Below are positions 36,243 through 49,800 of a stretch of DNA of 64,000 nt, piece by piece. Position 1 is the first letter of the stretch; each line of letters begins with the position of its first letter. Origin of the DNA: Fimbriosthenelais zetlandica (taxonomy: Eukaryota); assembly GCA_977030845.1 (NCBI GenBank), contig OZ365112.1, positions 16,244,001 through 16,308,000 of the forward strand. Direction: 5' to 3'. The position numbers and the translations under genes are program-made. The notes under the pieces are model-generated. The model did no database searches. It was not told where the DNA came from and was given only the letters and a program-made list of their open reading frames with translations.

Positions 36243-38488
36243 GCCCATGCGGCATGAGGTTTGACAGGAGAGAGTCGATCTTCTACAACTACATTGATAT
36301 TTCCCATTGGACGACGGTAAGCCACTCTACACTTCATCCTAAGATCTGAAGTATTTGTCGTAGGCCTATGTGAATCCATGCGTGATTACGGCTGTATGTA
36401 TTTGTATTGAGTAGAATCAATAAGAACCTCTGTTCATGAGGCCTGCCTACTCGGAGGTACGGTATAAGCAATAGGCTCAGAGTAGGCTTGGCTAGGCAGA
36501 TTGTAGACTGTCTTATAAATCTATGCTTGGGGGATGACGGAGTTGAAGGCATGGCAGTGAAATCCTATATATTCCCTGAATACCCATGTCCATTTTAGAA
36601 GGCTTTATTACTATTTATAGGCCTACAATTTGAAATGTTAATTTTGTGCCTAGAATATACCCTAAATAATTATACCGGTATATGACTCGAATCACTAATC
36701 AAGGCTCGCCATAATAATCAAATGTAATTGAACCTGAGAAATTTCATAATGAAATTCAGCCATTTCGGAAAATTACTTCAGATCTAAATTTAGAATTTAG
36801 TTTATAAATTTGTCAAAAAAGATTTCTTTCGATAACATGAATTTTGCTATCTTGAAATCTATCTCGATTCTCAAATTTACAGGCCCCTAATTATTTAGTA
36901 TGCTAATTTATTGCTTTATTTTATGGCCTTATAAGGGAATATGCTCAGCGTCTAGATGTGTCTTTGAACATACGGTAATTATTAAGGATAAACAGATTCA
37001 TTTATAATATTTAATGGCTAAAAATACTACCGCATCGTCGGTGAACAATATTGTGTTCTGTCTAGCCAGACACATGTTGACTGACACATTTCACAGGGAC
37101 CCTGGACGCTCATTACTGCCCAATTATCTCACATTGACAGGCGACTAGCAATTTGATCCTTCATCTCTTTTGCAAGAACTTCATTATTGGAATTTGTTCC
37201 TGTGGTTGCTTGCTTATCGTAATGTTCTTTTGCTCTCTTTTCAATGCTTGACCGAGAAATGTTCCATAATCTGTGCCAATATTAGCTGAGGCCGCCACTC
37301 GACTTGTTATGGCCTCCCAATTCTCTCACTTCAATTACATGTTTTGTCCTTAATATTGCACCAATTTTTATTTTTAACAATCATATTAGTTCCATGTAGT
37401 AAATGTAAATAATTACAAAGAAGAGAAATTTCGTCTAAACGTGTGTGACAAAATGAAACCACAGTATAAATACATTTATGGTGGTTTCAGATCAAATTAT
37501 ACTGTAGGCGCATATTCATCATTTATTGGTTACCATTGAAATTCTGAAAGACTGCTCAAATAATTGAAAAATCAGAAATTTTCAAAGAACACGATGCCTT
37601 TTTGTGGCCATCCAAGCTTCGAAGCCTGGAAAAGTTCAGTTTAAATATTCATAGGAGCAAGATAAAATAAATTCTAATGTGGCTTGTTCTGGGTGTCTGG
37701 GGCACAATTTAGGACTTTCCCAGCACTGAAACGTTTGCCCGCCAAGTAGCTTGTCAATTATGCAGAAATTTTGTATGCGAAGGTGATATTTCACCAGCAA
37801 GAGGTGGCACCAGTCCTATACCTACTTCCCTATATATCCCCTGCAATTTCCAAAGGTGGAATGTTTAGGGCATATAATATTGTACCGTAACAATAACATC
37901 TCACTCGAATCATTTTATTCATATTCATCTTTGGCTGTTTGCTTTAGTTTAAAAGTCCTGGATCTTGGCCAAAAAATACACGACATTATTGATACAGGAA
38001 TCTAGACCTGTTTCATCTAACTTATAAGGTTGGCCTATAAGTTGGTGAAGAGGCCCTACTGCTTGAGAGTCTATAAGGAGAGCAAGCCGAGTATAACAAT
38101 ATCGCTGTAATACTTCCACCCTAGTTCACTTGTCAGAGCGATGAACTCAAGCAGGCTGGAGATTGTCCAGGCAGCAAATTGAACTGTAAGTCCAGACTTG
38201 TTGGTAACTTGATTGTAGGAGCAGAGCTGAAAGTCCAGTAACCTTATATTCAGCCCTATGTCTTTGGCTCTGCATAACACCATTGGCGTGGTCACCAGAA
38301 ACATATTCCTGTCACCTTCTAATGTTCTGAAATTTCTGAATTATTGGAGGATACCACATTAGTAGTAATATATGAGCACTAGTGAATAGTATACCACTGA
38401 GTAAAACTGAGGAATTTTAACACTGCCATAATAGGATGTTTTCTATTTCCTGTCGTATTCCAGTTCCTGTTTTAAGTTTACCACCAGG

Positions 38489-38985
38489 ATGTTTCGACAA
38501 CTCAGACAAATTCAAGTACAGCGGCTGTTTACACAGAGCCCAAAGCTGCGTTCCCTGAGAGCGACGCCATTGTTGTACACTACTAGTTCCACCTGCCAGG
38601 CTCAAGACTCTCCTATTGATACAGGCAACTTCAAAGCATCCCAATCGGTTAAATCTGGAGATTCTCAAGTCCCCACCAATTTGAGAAACGCAAGCATTAC
38701 CAGAAAGAAGCTTCACAGTCGCGTTCTTACTGATCAGGAAGAAGCCAAAGATGAAAAACTTGCCGCCATCTTTTCTGGGTTGCCTGAAGACGAAAGTTTT
38801 GGTCAGTTTTCAGCTGCTTTGCTGAGAGTGAAACGCAAAACGGCCAAAACAAAAAAGAAGAAACATCAGCGGCAGTCGCAAGATAGAAAAGCAGAAATTG
38901 AAGATGAGGGTGATGTGTTTGGAACAATGGTACGAGAAGAGGAATTGGGGTTGCCTGAAGATGTTTTAGCTCAATACAGGTCTAG
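38489..38985 (+). CDS. PTCD1: PTCD1-like mitochondrial pentatricopeptide-repeat protein, first coding exon (Arg-rich, acid-free N-terminus resembling a mitochondrial presequence)
   Basis: Acceptor tttaccaccag|gATG, 165 codons + 2 nt, donor TCT AG|gtaata. Joins the next exon in phase 2. Confidence 0.85.
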
Positions 38986-39122
38986 GTAATAGATGAATAA
39001 TGTTTCAGATTACTTCCTTTCCCTTCAAATATGATTTAATTTCCTCCTCTACTTGAATTCACTCCTGACAATGACATGAGTTCGCATCTACATTGAGTAG
39101 TTGTTTTATGTTTGAATTACAG

Positions 39123-39264
39123 AGCAGGAGAAGTCGGTGAAGAGAAGCTGGAGGTAGAGGACAAATGGGAAAATGATCCCATTCCATTGTCTAGATATGG
39201 ACAGAAAGGGAAGGACGCCAAATGGTATGCTAAGAACATGGAGCGATTAGGTAAAGAAGGAAAG
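39123..39264 (+). CDS. PTCD1: PTCD1-like, second coding exon (...KDAKWYAKNMERLGKEGK)
   Basis: Acceptor ttgaattacag|A and donor AAG|gtatgt. WY...L.KEGK matches the PTCD1 segment before the first PPR. Confidence 0.9.
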
Positions 39265-39420
39265 GTATGTTGGCATTCATAGCATGACAATTCCTGAAAT
39301 TGATCTGGATAACATAGGTCATCATCCCAATAGAGTTATGAGCTGTGTCTTAGAATACTGTAAGGCCAACAGCCTCGATAAGCAAATGGTTTATAGTAGG
39401 TGCTTTATGATTTCTACTAG

Positions 39421-39561
39421 GTCTACGAAGCCATCCAGATGCTAGAGGAGACGATGCTCAAAGAAGACCGAGTGCGACCCACTGAATACGCCTTCACTGT
39501 CGTAATTGGTATTGTCGGTCGTGTAGGTTACACGGAGAAGGCCTTCCAACTCTTCGAAAAG
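39421..39561 (+). CDS. PTCD1: PTCD1-like, third coding exon (VYEAIQMLEETMLKEDRVRPTEYAFTVVIGIVGRVGYTEKAFQLFEK; PPR motif)
   Basis: 141 nt, phase 0-0, canonical splice sites. Close to the vertebrate PTCD1 segment as recalled, LVEALDLFERQMLKEERLQP...YTVLIGGCGRVGYLKKAF. Confidence 0.9.
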
Positions 39562-42500
39562 GTATTTCAACATCTAAGTAATTTAGTGAATGTTATTTAC
39601 TTTTATAAACTAATATCCACAATTGAAAAATTTGGAAAATAAAGCGATCTGTAATTATTTTGAACATTCAGACCTTTAATTAACCAAAGACTTGAGAGAA
39701 TGCTGGGAAATTTAGATTAATAGAAACCACTAATATAAGATGCTTTGGCAAACCAGGTAGTCTTATTGGATGTAGCTGATTTGCCACTTGCAAGAAAGCA
39801 GGTGATGCTTCCCTTGTTATGTCTTCTGCAAGCACAAGCTCTGATATAAATTCTCAGAGATTGAGTTACAGTCGCTGTCGTGTTTAATATAACTCACAAT
39901 GATTACCTTAACAAGCAGCTCGGTCAATGCGATTCCCCTGTCACACATTCACTACTCTGGTAATTAGCTGCTGAATCCTCCCACCTGTTGGGGGAAAAAT
40001 GATTTGATTTCTTCTCAGATCCCATGATGTGCAAAACCAATTATGCCTCTAATTATATTAGACCTTCTTTATGAGGATTCTCTATACCTGTCTTATTATT
40101 TTGATCGAGAATCATAAAACTTTTCATAATACACATCCTCCTCTGATTAGAGACATTTAAAATCCTTTATTCTAGTACACGTATAAAGGTAAGTTTATGG
40201 TCATTTTGAATTGGCCTAATCAAGTAATCAGGTATTTTAAGTGCAAGTCGCACTGTCTGTCTGCACTGTAGAATATATTTGAGACTGATTGTGGCCACTC
40301 CAAAAATGGAGTGTTCTATTGAATCTGTCCTTCGGTATGATGTGATTATCACAAATATTAGCGTGGCGCTTATTGGCACCGTCATACAAGGGATCTTTCC
40401 ACTATGCTGTCATAGTTCCTCTAGAACCAGCATGATTGGTACTGACAGCCAGACTTTGCCTCGCCACCTACAGTCGATGGCTGTCGCCAGAGCTGTCACA
40501 TGTTGCATCACCTGATGCTGAGGACCTTTTGACATGGGACAGGTCAGGTTGTCGGAAATAATTACGCCAGGCAGAATTTTTCTATTGCTTTTCTCTGCCC
40601 CAGGCTTTTGAATCCAATCTCTTCTGACTCAATTTTGGAGCTTATCTTTGGAGCTTGACATCTATTCAACTCTGGGTTCACAAAAAAATGATATCACTTC
40701 AAAATATTATTAGTGCAGATCTTATATTTGCTTTCCTTTTAAGGAACTTTGGGGCGTGTTTCTGGCCTATTACGTTTTGATTGCAATTCTACATGAAAAC
40801 ATGATTGATGTACATGAAAAACTACAGGTTTAAAAAACCTGAGGTGATATCATGCAGCAATTAGGATCTGTGCCTTTTTCCGTCATATCTATACTTCAAC
40901 CATCGGGTCATCATAAGGGAAAAAAGCTCCCTGGATAAGAAAAGAAATCCCCATTTTCTTTTGCCTAGAGCTGCTGCCTGCAATAAAAATTCCCTATCTC
41001 TGATTCTGATCTGGACATGAGGCACATTGGATTCCAGTCTCCGTGAAGATAGGGCCTTGTTTACCATATTGCCATAGCAACATGATCCATCACCATGGTA
41101 ACTGCTCATGCAGTTAGCATCGCATTTGTTTCTCATTGCTACTCTCTGTAGATTCCAGTTTTGGAATTGCCTTCGTATCTTCCATTAAACATCCCTGTTA
41201 ACACTGACATGGCTTTTTCCAAACATGTTAGTCTTTAGCAAGGGAATTGATTTCAAAATCTGATTGAAGGAAGAAAATATATAATGGTAGATAAGTCTCA
41301 ATATAGATCTATCTCCTGATTTCCGCCAACTCATTACAATATATCATTGTGAATTATATTGGGTCTGATATCACAGTTTAATCCATTGTCTTATAGTTGG
41401 CAAATCAAAAATACTTATTGGACTGTTTAACAATGCGCACAATGTCCTTCACTAACAGAGCTACATTTTCTATTATTATTAATAAAAGGGCTACTTTATA
41501 TATTAGGATAAGCTCATCAGAATCAATGAGATAACAGCGTTTATTACAAGAGTAGTATAGTACTTTACTATAGTTAAAATATTTCTGTTGAATGTCTCGT
41601 CTGACGCGAGGTTTTATTCCAAACGGAGCATTCAGGTTTTAATAACGGATGAAACTACTTCATTCTCCATCATAATTAATAGATGACTGGTTGTGTATGA
41701 GTTACATGGAGAAACTTTTGCCATGGGCTTTATCTGAACGACTAACATCTCACCCAATCAATCATTCACGAATATTCTAAATACCACTAAGTCGCAGTGT
41801 ATTTTTTCCCATTATTCACAAGTTTTTAAGGAGTTATCTCTTTGAAAACTTCTCTTCCATGCCATACCATATTGTCGCATACTTTCTTCGATCTGTTATG
41901 GCAAGCCCGATTTTTCCTCAACATGTCGTGCTTGTTACACGTTGAGAGTATATTGTATAAGTGGACGAAATATCGACAGATTTTGAATGTCCTCCTCAAG
42001 GAGGCTGGAAATACTCCAGTCTAGATTTATCGTGAAGTTGGTCCATTCTGATTTCCCACTTTACAAACTCGTTCTCCTGCCTGACGTGCCATAGAATTAG
42101 AAGGAAATATTTTCCTACCTCCAACCATTGTTCAATTTCGAATGTTGTTTTTGTTACTGGCTCCATAATGTGTTCAGTGGCATGAGAGTTCATGCTTGAA
42201 CATGTCATCTTCATCGATAGTCGATTTACCACACGAGACTGTCTGCAATGATATCGATTTAGATGCTACATCATTATCCATATTTAGGATTACTTCCTCC
42301 TCAAAGTGCATGGTTTTTCTGTTCAGGGCCCTTTCTCATAATGGAAGAGTGAGATTTGAAGTTTCATATTCCACAGGAGTTCTTTTTCAAGAACTCTGCA
42401 TCGCTTTTATCCTGAATATTCCCACTGGAGAGTGGGGAAGTGTTAGACTATAGAGATTTAAGCAACTTCCGTCCATATTGAAATGTAAAGCAAAGCCATT

Positions 42501-45500
42501 GTCGCTTGCTTTGAGATAGGCCAGGTCCCCAGGCATGGAGGGAGGGTGATATGCCGCTGTAACATATGGAGCTATAAAACTTTATATTCACATTGGTGCC
42601 TCAGTCTGGTGTATTAACACCCTTGTTAATCTAGAACCAGCTGGATTTGGATGATAATTATTGGTGTTATATTGGTGTTGACAATATTTCCATTCATCCA
42701 CTTTACTCCTCAGACTGGTTGTCTTACCAACTGGATAAAAACTTGCTGCCTCACTTCTTAAAGGGTGTTTATGATAGTGATTATTTGAACTCATTCCATT
42801 ATCTAACACCTCCAACTATTACATTGAATAATTTACCATGTGATTGAATAAGGATCAGCAATCGCAAGCCTGTGGATTTTGTTAGTGCTCCTGCGCATCC
42901 AATAAGCAACAAAGTAATGCAATATAGCTAGTCATCAGGGTCCTCTGTTTGGATGAGATTAGATGGAAATACATTAATTAATCAGTCTATGTGATTACAT
43001 GGTTCATGGGTGCTTCGGAAACGACCATGGTGACTTTGGTTATCCTGTGAGATTGAACAGGACTCGCTGCCGTGTGCTTGTACCAAGTGCCAATTCCTTG
43101 TTCGTGCAGAGGGAGCTAATATTGGGTTCATAAAGTAAGGGATATCATATGAGCCTTACGCCCTCATAGACACATTGTTTTATCAATGCCATAGTTCTTC
43201 TGCATTGTTTCCCCCATGCTTCCTTCCTTGTATATATCTTCAATAATGAATGTTGGTGGTGTGCCATGTAGCTTTAGATCATCAGTAATGGGTACTTGTT
43301 ACTTATTAGCTTCTCAATCAAATGTTGGTTTCCGAGACCGGCTATCGCTACATTCAATAAGCGTTAGTCAATAAAGCATGGAAGTCCAGTCAGAAATTCT
43401 CCCTCTTCTGACATACCAGACAGTACTGAGGTATCACGGCCCAGACACAGCAAATCGTGAGAGCTAATGGCTATTGTATGAGGGTGTGGGTGGCACTGAG
43501 CTATATCTTGGACAAAAATATATCAAAAGGATTATGGACAATACCAATTCAGGTGCTCTGCAATGTATGGTACAAAGTATAATGATAACCTTTAAAGCTT
43601 ATGTACAAAACTGTAATATAAAATCCTCCCTGCTGTTTCTGTTTTCCCACCAGATATTGAAGCTCATACTTGGTTGAGTACCACAAACCAAATATTGAAA
43701 TATTCTTGGAGTAGAGCATCTATACAGGCCTCTTTCCAAGTTATGGATCCCCCATCCATAAAAGGATATGAATCAGCTGCCATTTTAAATGTTAAATATC
43801 AACTGTAGTCTCCTCTTCAGCCTCAAGTTGGGAATCTTATAAGATGGCAGCCACAGCAAGTATATGTAGCAATAAAGCAGCTGTCTGGCCAGGATGAATG
43901 TTCAAGGCTGGGGTCCAGTCATTTGCTTGGTTATAGAGATTTTTTCTTGCCTGATTGTCTGAGAGTGTAGCCTGTTTATCAAGATGTGGATTCCTCCTCA
44001 CGTCTGCCATATGGAGGCAGTGTTCCAGAGCATGGGCTGGGTAATGTTTTGTATGATGGTCCCAGCCTTATTTACTCTAGACTTTCCATGCAAGACAGGA
44101 CACCAGTCGCTGACCACGAGGCACTATAAGCTTGAGAAATGCCCAGTTTCCGCATAATTGTCTCTACTCGGACTAAATTAAAATTACCATAAAAAATGGC
44201 CTCCATCCATTTCATTACTGTACATATGTATTCAGATAATTGTGTGCCTCGGATCCAAAGGCATGCATCTGGGGTATCTGATCTTGCTTAAGGAGGGAAG
44301 AAGATGGAGAGAGGGTATTTGGTAGGAAGCAATAAAAGACTTCATTTGTGGCGCCTACTTGTGCCTATAGTACCTTCGTGAGTAGTACCCATGGGTCGGG
44401 CGTGCCTTCGTCCTATTCTCTCTGTGCTAGATAGGACTGCTGATGAATGGGTGGCATGCCTTTTATTGCCTTTATTCAAGGAAACCACTCAGGTCCAAAC
44501 CATTGCACCCTTACATGTTTCGACTGGTGGAATTTCCCCAGATTGTAAACCCGATTCAATATGAATCTGTCTTACAAGCACAAAGTCTGAAATTAGCTGT
44601 CCTAAATCAGGTCTTTCTATATTGACTCCATCTAACAGTTGTCCTGGATACAATTGGTGGCAGATAATTATAGTGGCATGTGCATACTATGTCTATCAGT
44701 TGGAAAAGTATATAGTCTACATTGTGTCTGGTGTTTCCATTCTGTGACCACATGTATTCTACGGACTTCACACAAGTTTATAAGCCCTTCCATTATTCAC
44801 GGATGAAATTGCCTCAATTCCTTCATCTCTTGATTTCAATTGATGTGGTCTCCAAGAAATGCTTTTAGATGAAAAGAAGATATTGCAATATGATTGTTCC
44901 AGCAATGTAATTTTAATCTTGGCTTTAAAATGAAAGTTTAATGTCTTCATTTCGCTGGAGTCCAGAGATGCTGGTGCAATTTCCTTCCTTATTTTAAAGC
45001 TTGGGGCTTCATACCAAATGCAGCTGTCGTCGCGGAATGTCTAGTTAGATTTATTGCTCTGCCTTCGCCCCTTCAAGGCAGTCTAGGAGTTATTGAATCT
45101 CTATATTTTTCATTGAACCGCATCAGTAAAACAATGGAACTTATATATTTCTCTGTGGCAGTGTGATGGATATGTTGCTATCATGCCTTATGCAATTGTC
45201 CTATATTGATAGAGTTATTACTATCTTAGATAAAGACCCGTGGATGCGTCCTTCATATATCTAAGGTCATTGATGTATAAAGCAAATGACGTGACTATAA
45301 TGATACATTACTGACATATTCTTCTTGTATAGATCTCTGCTATGATCTCATAAAATGTATTTCTCTATATATCGCATGGGTAGTGTACAAAGAAATCATT
45401 ATTTCAATGCACTCTACTTTCTTGGAGCTTCAGCTTTTAAGAACATGAGCAGTGTCCTATGCAAAACTCTGTTGCACCTAACAATGGTTATTACTGTTAA

Positions 45501-46108
45501 TAGGTTAGATTAATGATTGGGTCAGATACCACTGGCTTTACTACTGGTTATCACGTGAGAAGGAGCACCTGGAAGGAGCAGATGACATTTTCTGATTCAC
45601 AAGGTTAAGTGAGGGTGAACAGGCACAATGTTTCATTGTTGGTAATGATGAGTTTTATCAGACTATATTGTGATGCATCCCCCTGCAGTATCCGGGCCAT
45701 TGGTAATTTGGACGGGCTGAATATTACTGTGGTAAAGGCCCATCAATGATAATTCTTATTCCGTATATCATCTAATATTAAAGGAGTATATAAAGTACCT
45801 AATATCTTCTCAGGCAGAAATGATAGTGGAGAATCAGCAGGTTAGTTTTATATCAGTATTATGTAGGACAATATCCTATTTATGGCCATAGCTTGTCTAC
45901 TTATGGTTGCTCATAAATAAGGCTTACATGATTCCTAGGATGTACCTGCCTGTATAATTCTGTCTGATGCGCATATCCTGCTGATGCTATTTTGAATTGC
46001 CTGCCCAAATTCCAGTAGCCAGGCTTTTGTTGATAATGTTTGGCAAGGAATGATCAGAGCATAACTTTATTGGCACGGAAGGATTTTTTGCTGTTTTTTG
46101 TGTGTGTT

Positions 46109-46140
46109 GGGTGGGTGGGGTGGGGGGGGGGGGGGGTGGT
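46109..46140 (+). repeat. G-rich tract (TGGG units followed by a 15-G run)
   Basis: Read directly. Confidence 0.9.
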
Positions 46141-46692
46141 TATATAGCTCGTCTGATTTTTCATGTCCTCAGACTTTGTTGTCTATGCTCTGATGTGCCT
46201 CTGTATGTAGTATGGACTCCACACTCCCATTGCTGGGACAACACACCTCTCGGAAGGCCTTTCTTCCTGTCATTCCTTTTGATATATAATTTACAAATTG
46301 GCATTACGTTGTAGAGTGAGTGAATAATTCAGAGCTATATACTACTCTGGAGGTTTCCGTCTGATGTAAGGAGGTGGACGAGAAAGGGAACAGACCAATA
46401 TTAAAACGTCAGGCCAAAGGCAGATGGTGATGGCTGAACATAATTTGATTTGTTCCGTTCTGAAGAGGCAGGCTCTTTCGAGGTAAATCCTTTGGGGATT
46501 TCTCCTCTACATTAGAGTAGATGTTTGTCCCTTTATTCTAAAAGGCAATCCGCAAAGTTAATTCTTACAGAGGCAGCCAGTATACAGACATAGAAACGTA
46601 ATCTTCTCAGTGAGAGCAGCTCAAGTTTGATCTGAGTGTGTACCAGCTTTTTTCCGAGCACGCAGCTTTTATTCAGGATTGACCTGAGCTTG

Positions 46693-46815
46693 TGTCCAAT
46701 TTTTGTGTCCTACTCACAAAGATCCCTGAATCAATGTCCAATTTTCCTGTGCTACTCGTACAAATCTCAGTTGAATCATTGTCAACTTTTTTGTACTACT
46801 CACTAAAATTTAACT
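46693..46815. repeat. Three degenerate tandem copies of a 42-45-bp unit (TGTCCAATTTT...CTACTC...TGAATCA)
   Basis: Units start at about 46693, 46735 and 46780. Confidence 0.75.
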
Positions 46816-49800
46816 GTGGTGGAATTTAGGTTATTTGCACCTTTTCATGTTCTGTTCACGTATGTCTCTTAGAAAACTTCGTGCTGTACACCCAGAGAAA
46901 TATCAGCTCTAATTTACCCGTCCTATAGGCTATAGCGAGGTATTTAGGTCACGGGATGTTAAGCCACATTATTCAGATGAATTGAAATGTGATAAATTTC
47001 TGCGCTTCAGATGTGTTGAATTAAGTCCTGCTCAGCAGTCAGCTCAGATTTTTGCCATGCTCTCTATATTTGCTGCTTGTGTCTGGAGTCGACCTTGCTG
47101 AAGCAACCTCATAAGACTGAGATTAATCAAGCTTCCTCTTTGTATGGCAGTCTCTAAATTGAAACAAGCGAGATGTGATGGCCTAATCCACCTTTTTAAA
47201 TCCCCTCTCAGGGTTGACTTGATCTTCTGATTAGTGACGAATTATGAACTGAGTGATGTGCTCTAGGCTGTCATGTGTATAGTAGGCTGTCATGTGTATA
47301 GACCCAACAAGTTATATTATGAGATATATGTCATCTAGGAGAGAGCGATTATCTCACTTTGTTGGAATAATGTGTTACAAGTCACCTTCAAACCTGTTCT
47401 TGGTACGTTTTTTATGGCATAAGAACCTTGGATGCACTCCCAGACCCAATCTACAAAACTCCCATCTATATGAGACAAGTATTGATTTTACATTCAAGCT
47501 ATCAGCATTTCATTTCTTCTTTCCAAAACCACGAAGGGTTGAAAATCCCTGTGGGTGGCATGCACTTTCAAACTTGGAAAACTCAATTATAATAAGTTGG
47601 ATTTTGACATTTCCTGGCATCTTGAGAACCTACGAAGCCTACTTCTGATACGTCCTGAGTCCTGAACGAGATCTCCATCACTGCTTGTCTACTCTATTCG
47701 TCTTATACAGTTCATACAGCCGTACAGGATGGTCACTGTTTTCATTGTGTATAGTTATCTCGTAGACTATCCCAGTAATCACTAAAGACTTCTGACTGCG
47801 AGTCTGCTTTAAGTTTAGAAGTGCATCTCGTGTGTGTAACTAGGCAATACTGTATTTTGTCTCTGGTTTTAATGTTTCTTTCAAGTTTCTGCTCAGAAAA
47901 AAATCACGGTTTTTTTCTATAGAGGCAACTGGGAAATATTCCTTTGGCAAGTCCAGAAAGTCTGTGGCTCATCTTCAACCTGTTTAGAATCGATGAAAAC
48001 AATGGAGGTTAGAAGGGGAGGAAGAGGAAGGTCTTTTCATGTAGATATTGCGGCAGTTAAGTAAATATTCCCGAGGGCAAAGGGCAGTGCTGCTACCTTC
48101 TCCTAAATATGCTTAGACAAAATGTGGAATTTGGTCTTTCTCTTAGACTCAATTCTGTTTCTAAAGTTTAAAAAGTGAATTCTGTAAGGTTTCCTCCAGA
48201 TGGGTTAAATGTATGTATACATTCATTGTTAATCGGAGCTATTCTCTCAAAGTGATGTACAGGGAATTTGCTATGAGATGTAATGTATATTTTATATTTT
48301 AAAATGTCTAACATTTACTTCACTCCCTGGTCACTGTACAGAGCTGAGGAAACCTGGCACTGGTGATACATAGATAAAACATTCCTTGGGATAATCCAGG
48401 GTGATATCACCTTGATGTCAGATAAGAAAGTGATATAAAGGCCAGACACACGTGCTAAAAAAGCCAAAGACATGCTGGACAATAAATCACGGCAGCAGGG
48501 TAAACTGGCTCAGCTCGGATACGACTCCACCCTGGCCGGTTTTGATTGCTGGATTTTGTTTCCTCCCGGGATTGAGTTGTACTCGAGCTGAGTTATTTAT
48601 CTGTCATCTATCATCTCCTCTTTCAAGTGATTACATGTACTACCGACTTCAGATATGAAACTTGGTAAACACGAAGTAAAATTTACCATTATATATATAA
48701 AACCATTTGCTTTCTGTCTAGATACCGTGATGGCAGTGTACCATATATACACGGAGTCACGCAATGTCTCATTCTTGGATGACAGGATGTCGGTGAACCA
48801 ATTCACATGCTTCTTCTCAAGATATATCAAGGTTCTTGCAATGCCTATATCTTGATATAATTGCCTATTTGATGCAATTCTCTGTCAATAAGGTGGACCC
48901 TTATTATCATTGTTATAGATGCACATAAACTGAGAATACCACGCTTGCCTAATAGTACAGGCAATGAAAACTGATTTCGCCAATCTTCTCAAATCTGATA
49001 TCATGAGCCATTTCTCTTGGTCTGGATTAGTCTTAACAATTTCCTATCAGTTTTGACACGATAAGGCACGGCTAACAGGACTGCCTTTCTTGGCAAATAA
49101 AGGTGTGTGTCTTCGTCGCCTAATGTGCATTGACATTGGTGAAACTGCCACTGTCTCCGGACACTTAAGACTTCATTGCTCTTGTCCGGTTTGATTTTCT
49201 TCATCTCTCAGAGATGGCTTGCTTGATATTTCGTGGATATTTGACTTGACAAAGTCTCTTTCATTCATGGCCTATTACATGGTATCTCAGAATAATTTGA
49301 TTGCCGAGCAGGATGTCTGTCATTTGTGACTACCAGAAGATACCAAGTAGTCCCAGGAAGAGTCAAAAAGCAGCTTCCTGCATGCAATCATGAAATACTC
49401 TATCAGGCTACTTCCGATCTGTTTAATGTAGCTGATGCTTAGAATATAGCTAGCTTCCTTACTCCCCTTCAGACATAATGGACTCAAATTAATGGCTCAA
49501 CTGTTGTGTTCCTCCTCTGAAGTAAATGTCCTCTCTGATCCTTCTCTGAATTTCTCTCCCATTTTTGGAAAAAAGAGAAAATATCTGGAATGCCCTAGGT
49601 AATGAATCACTCCATTCTTATTCATTTCGGTTTGCAGTTGATTCCCCCTTGGCCTTTTAGCGGGCACATCGGTAAAATAATAATTTCGTATCTGTTTGAT
49701 CGTTTTGATCAATGAACGCTCTTGCATGTGACTACCTAATGAATAAAACTATTTGACAGCATGTAAGCTGATAACGACCGAAGCAACATTCATGGGAGCA

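Larger units (their letters stand above)
35560..36320. promoter_or_regulatory. Bidirectional promoter shared by the minus-strand ParB-like gene and the PTCD1-like gene
   Basis: CpG-richer segment between two divergent genes. Full CRE palindromes TGACGTCA at 35636, 35803 and 36211, a YY1 site at 36231, and a + strand donor ACG|gtaagc at 36316/7. Confidence 0.7.
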
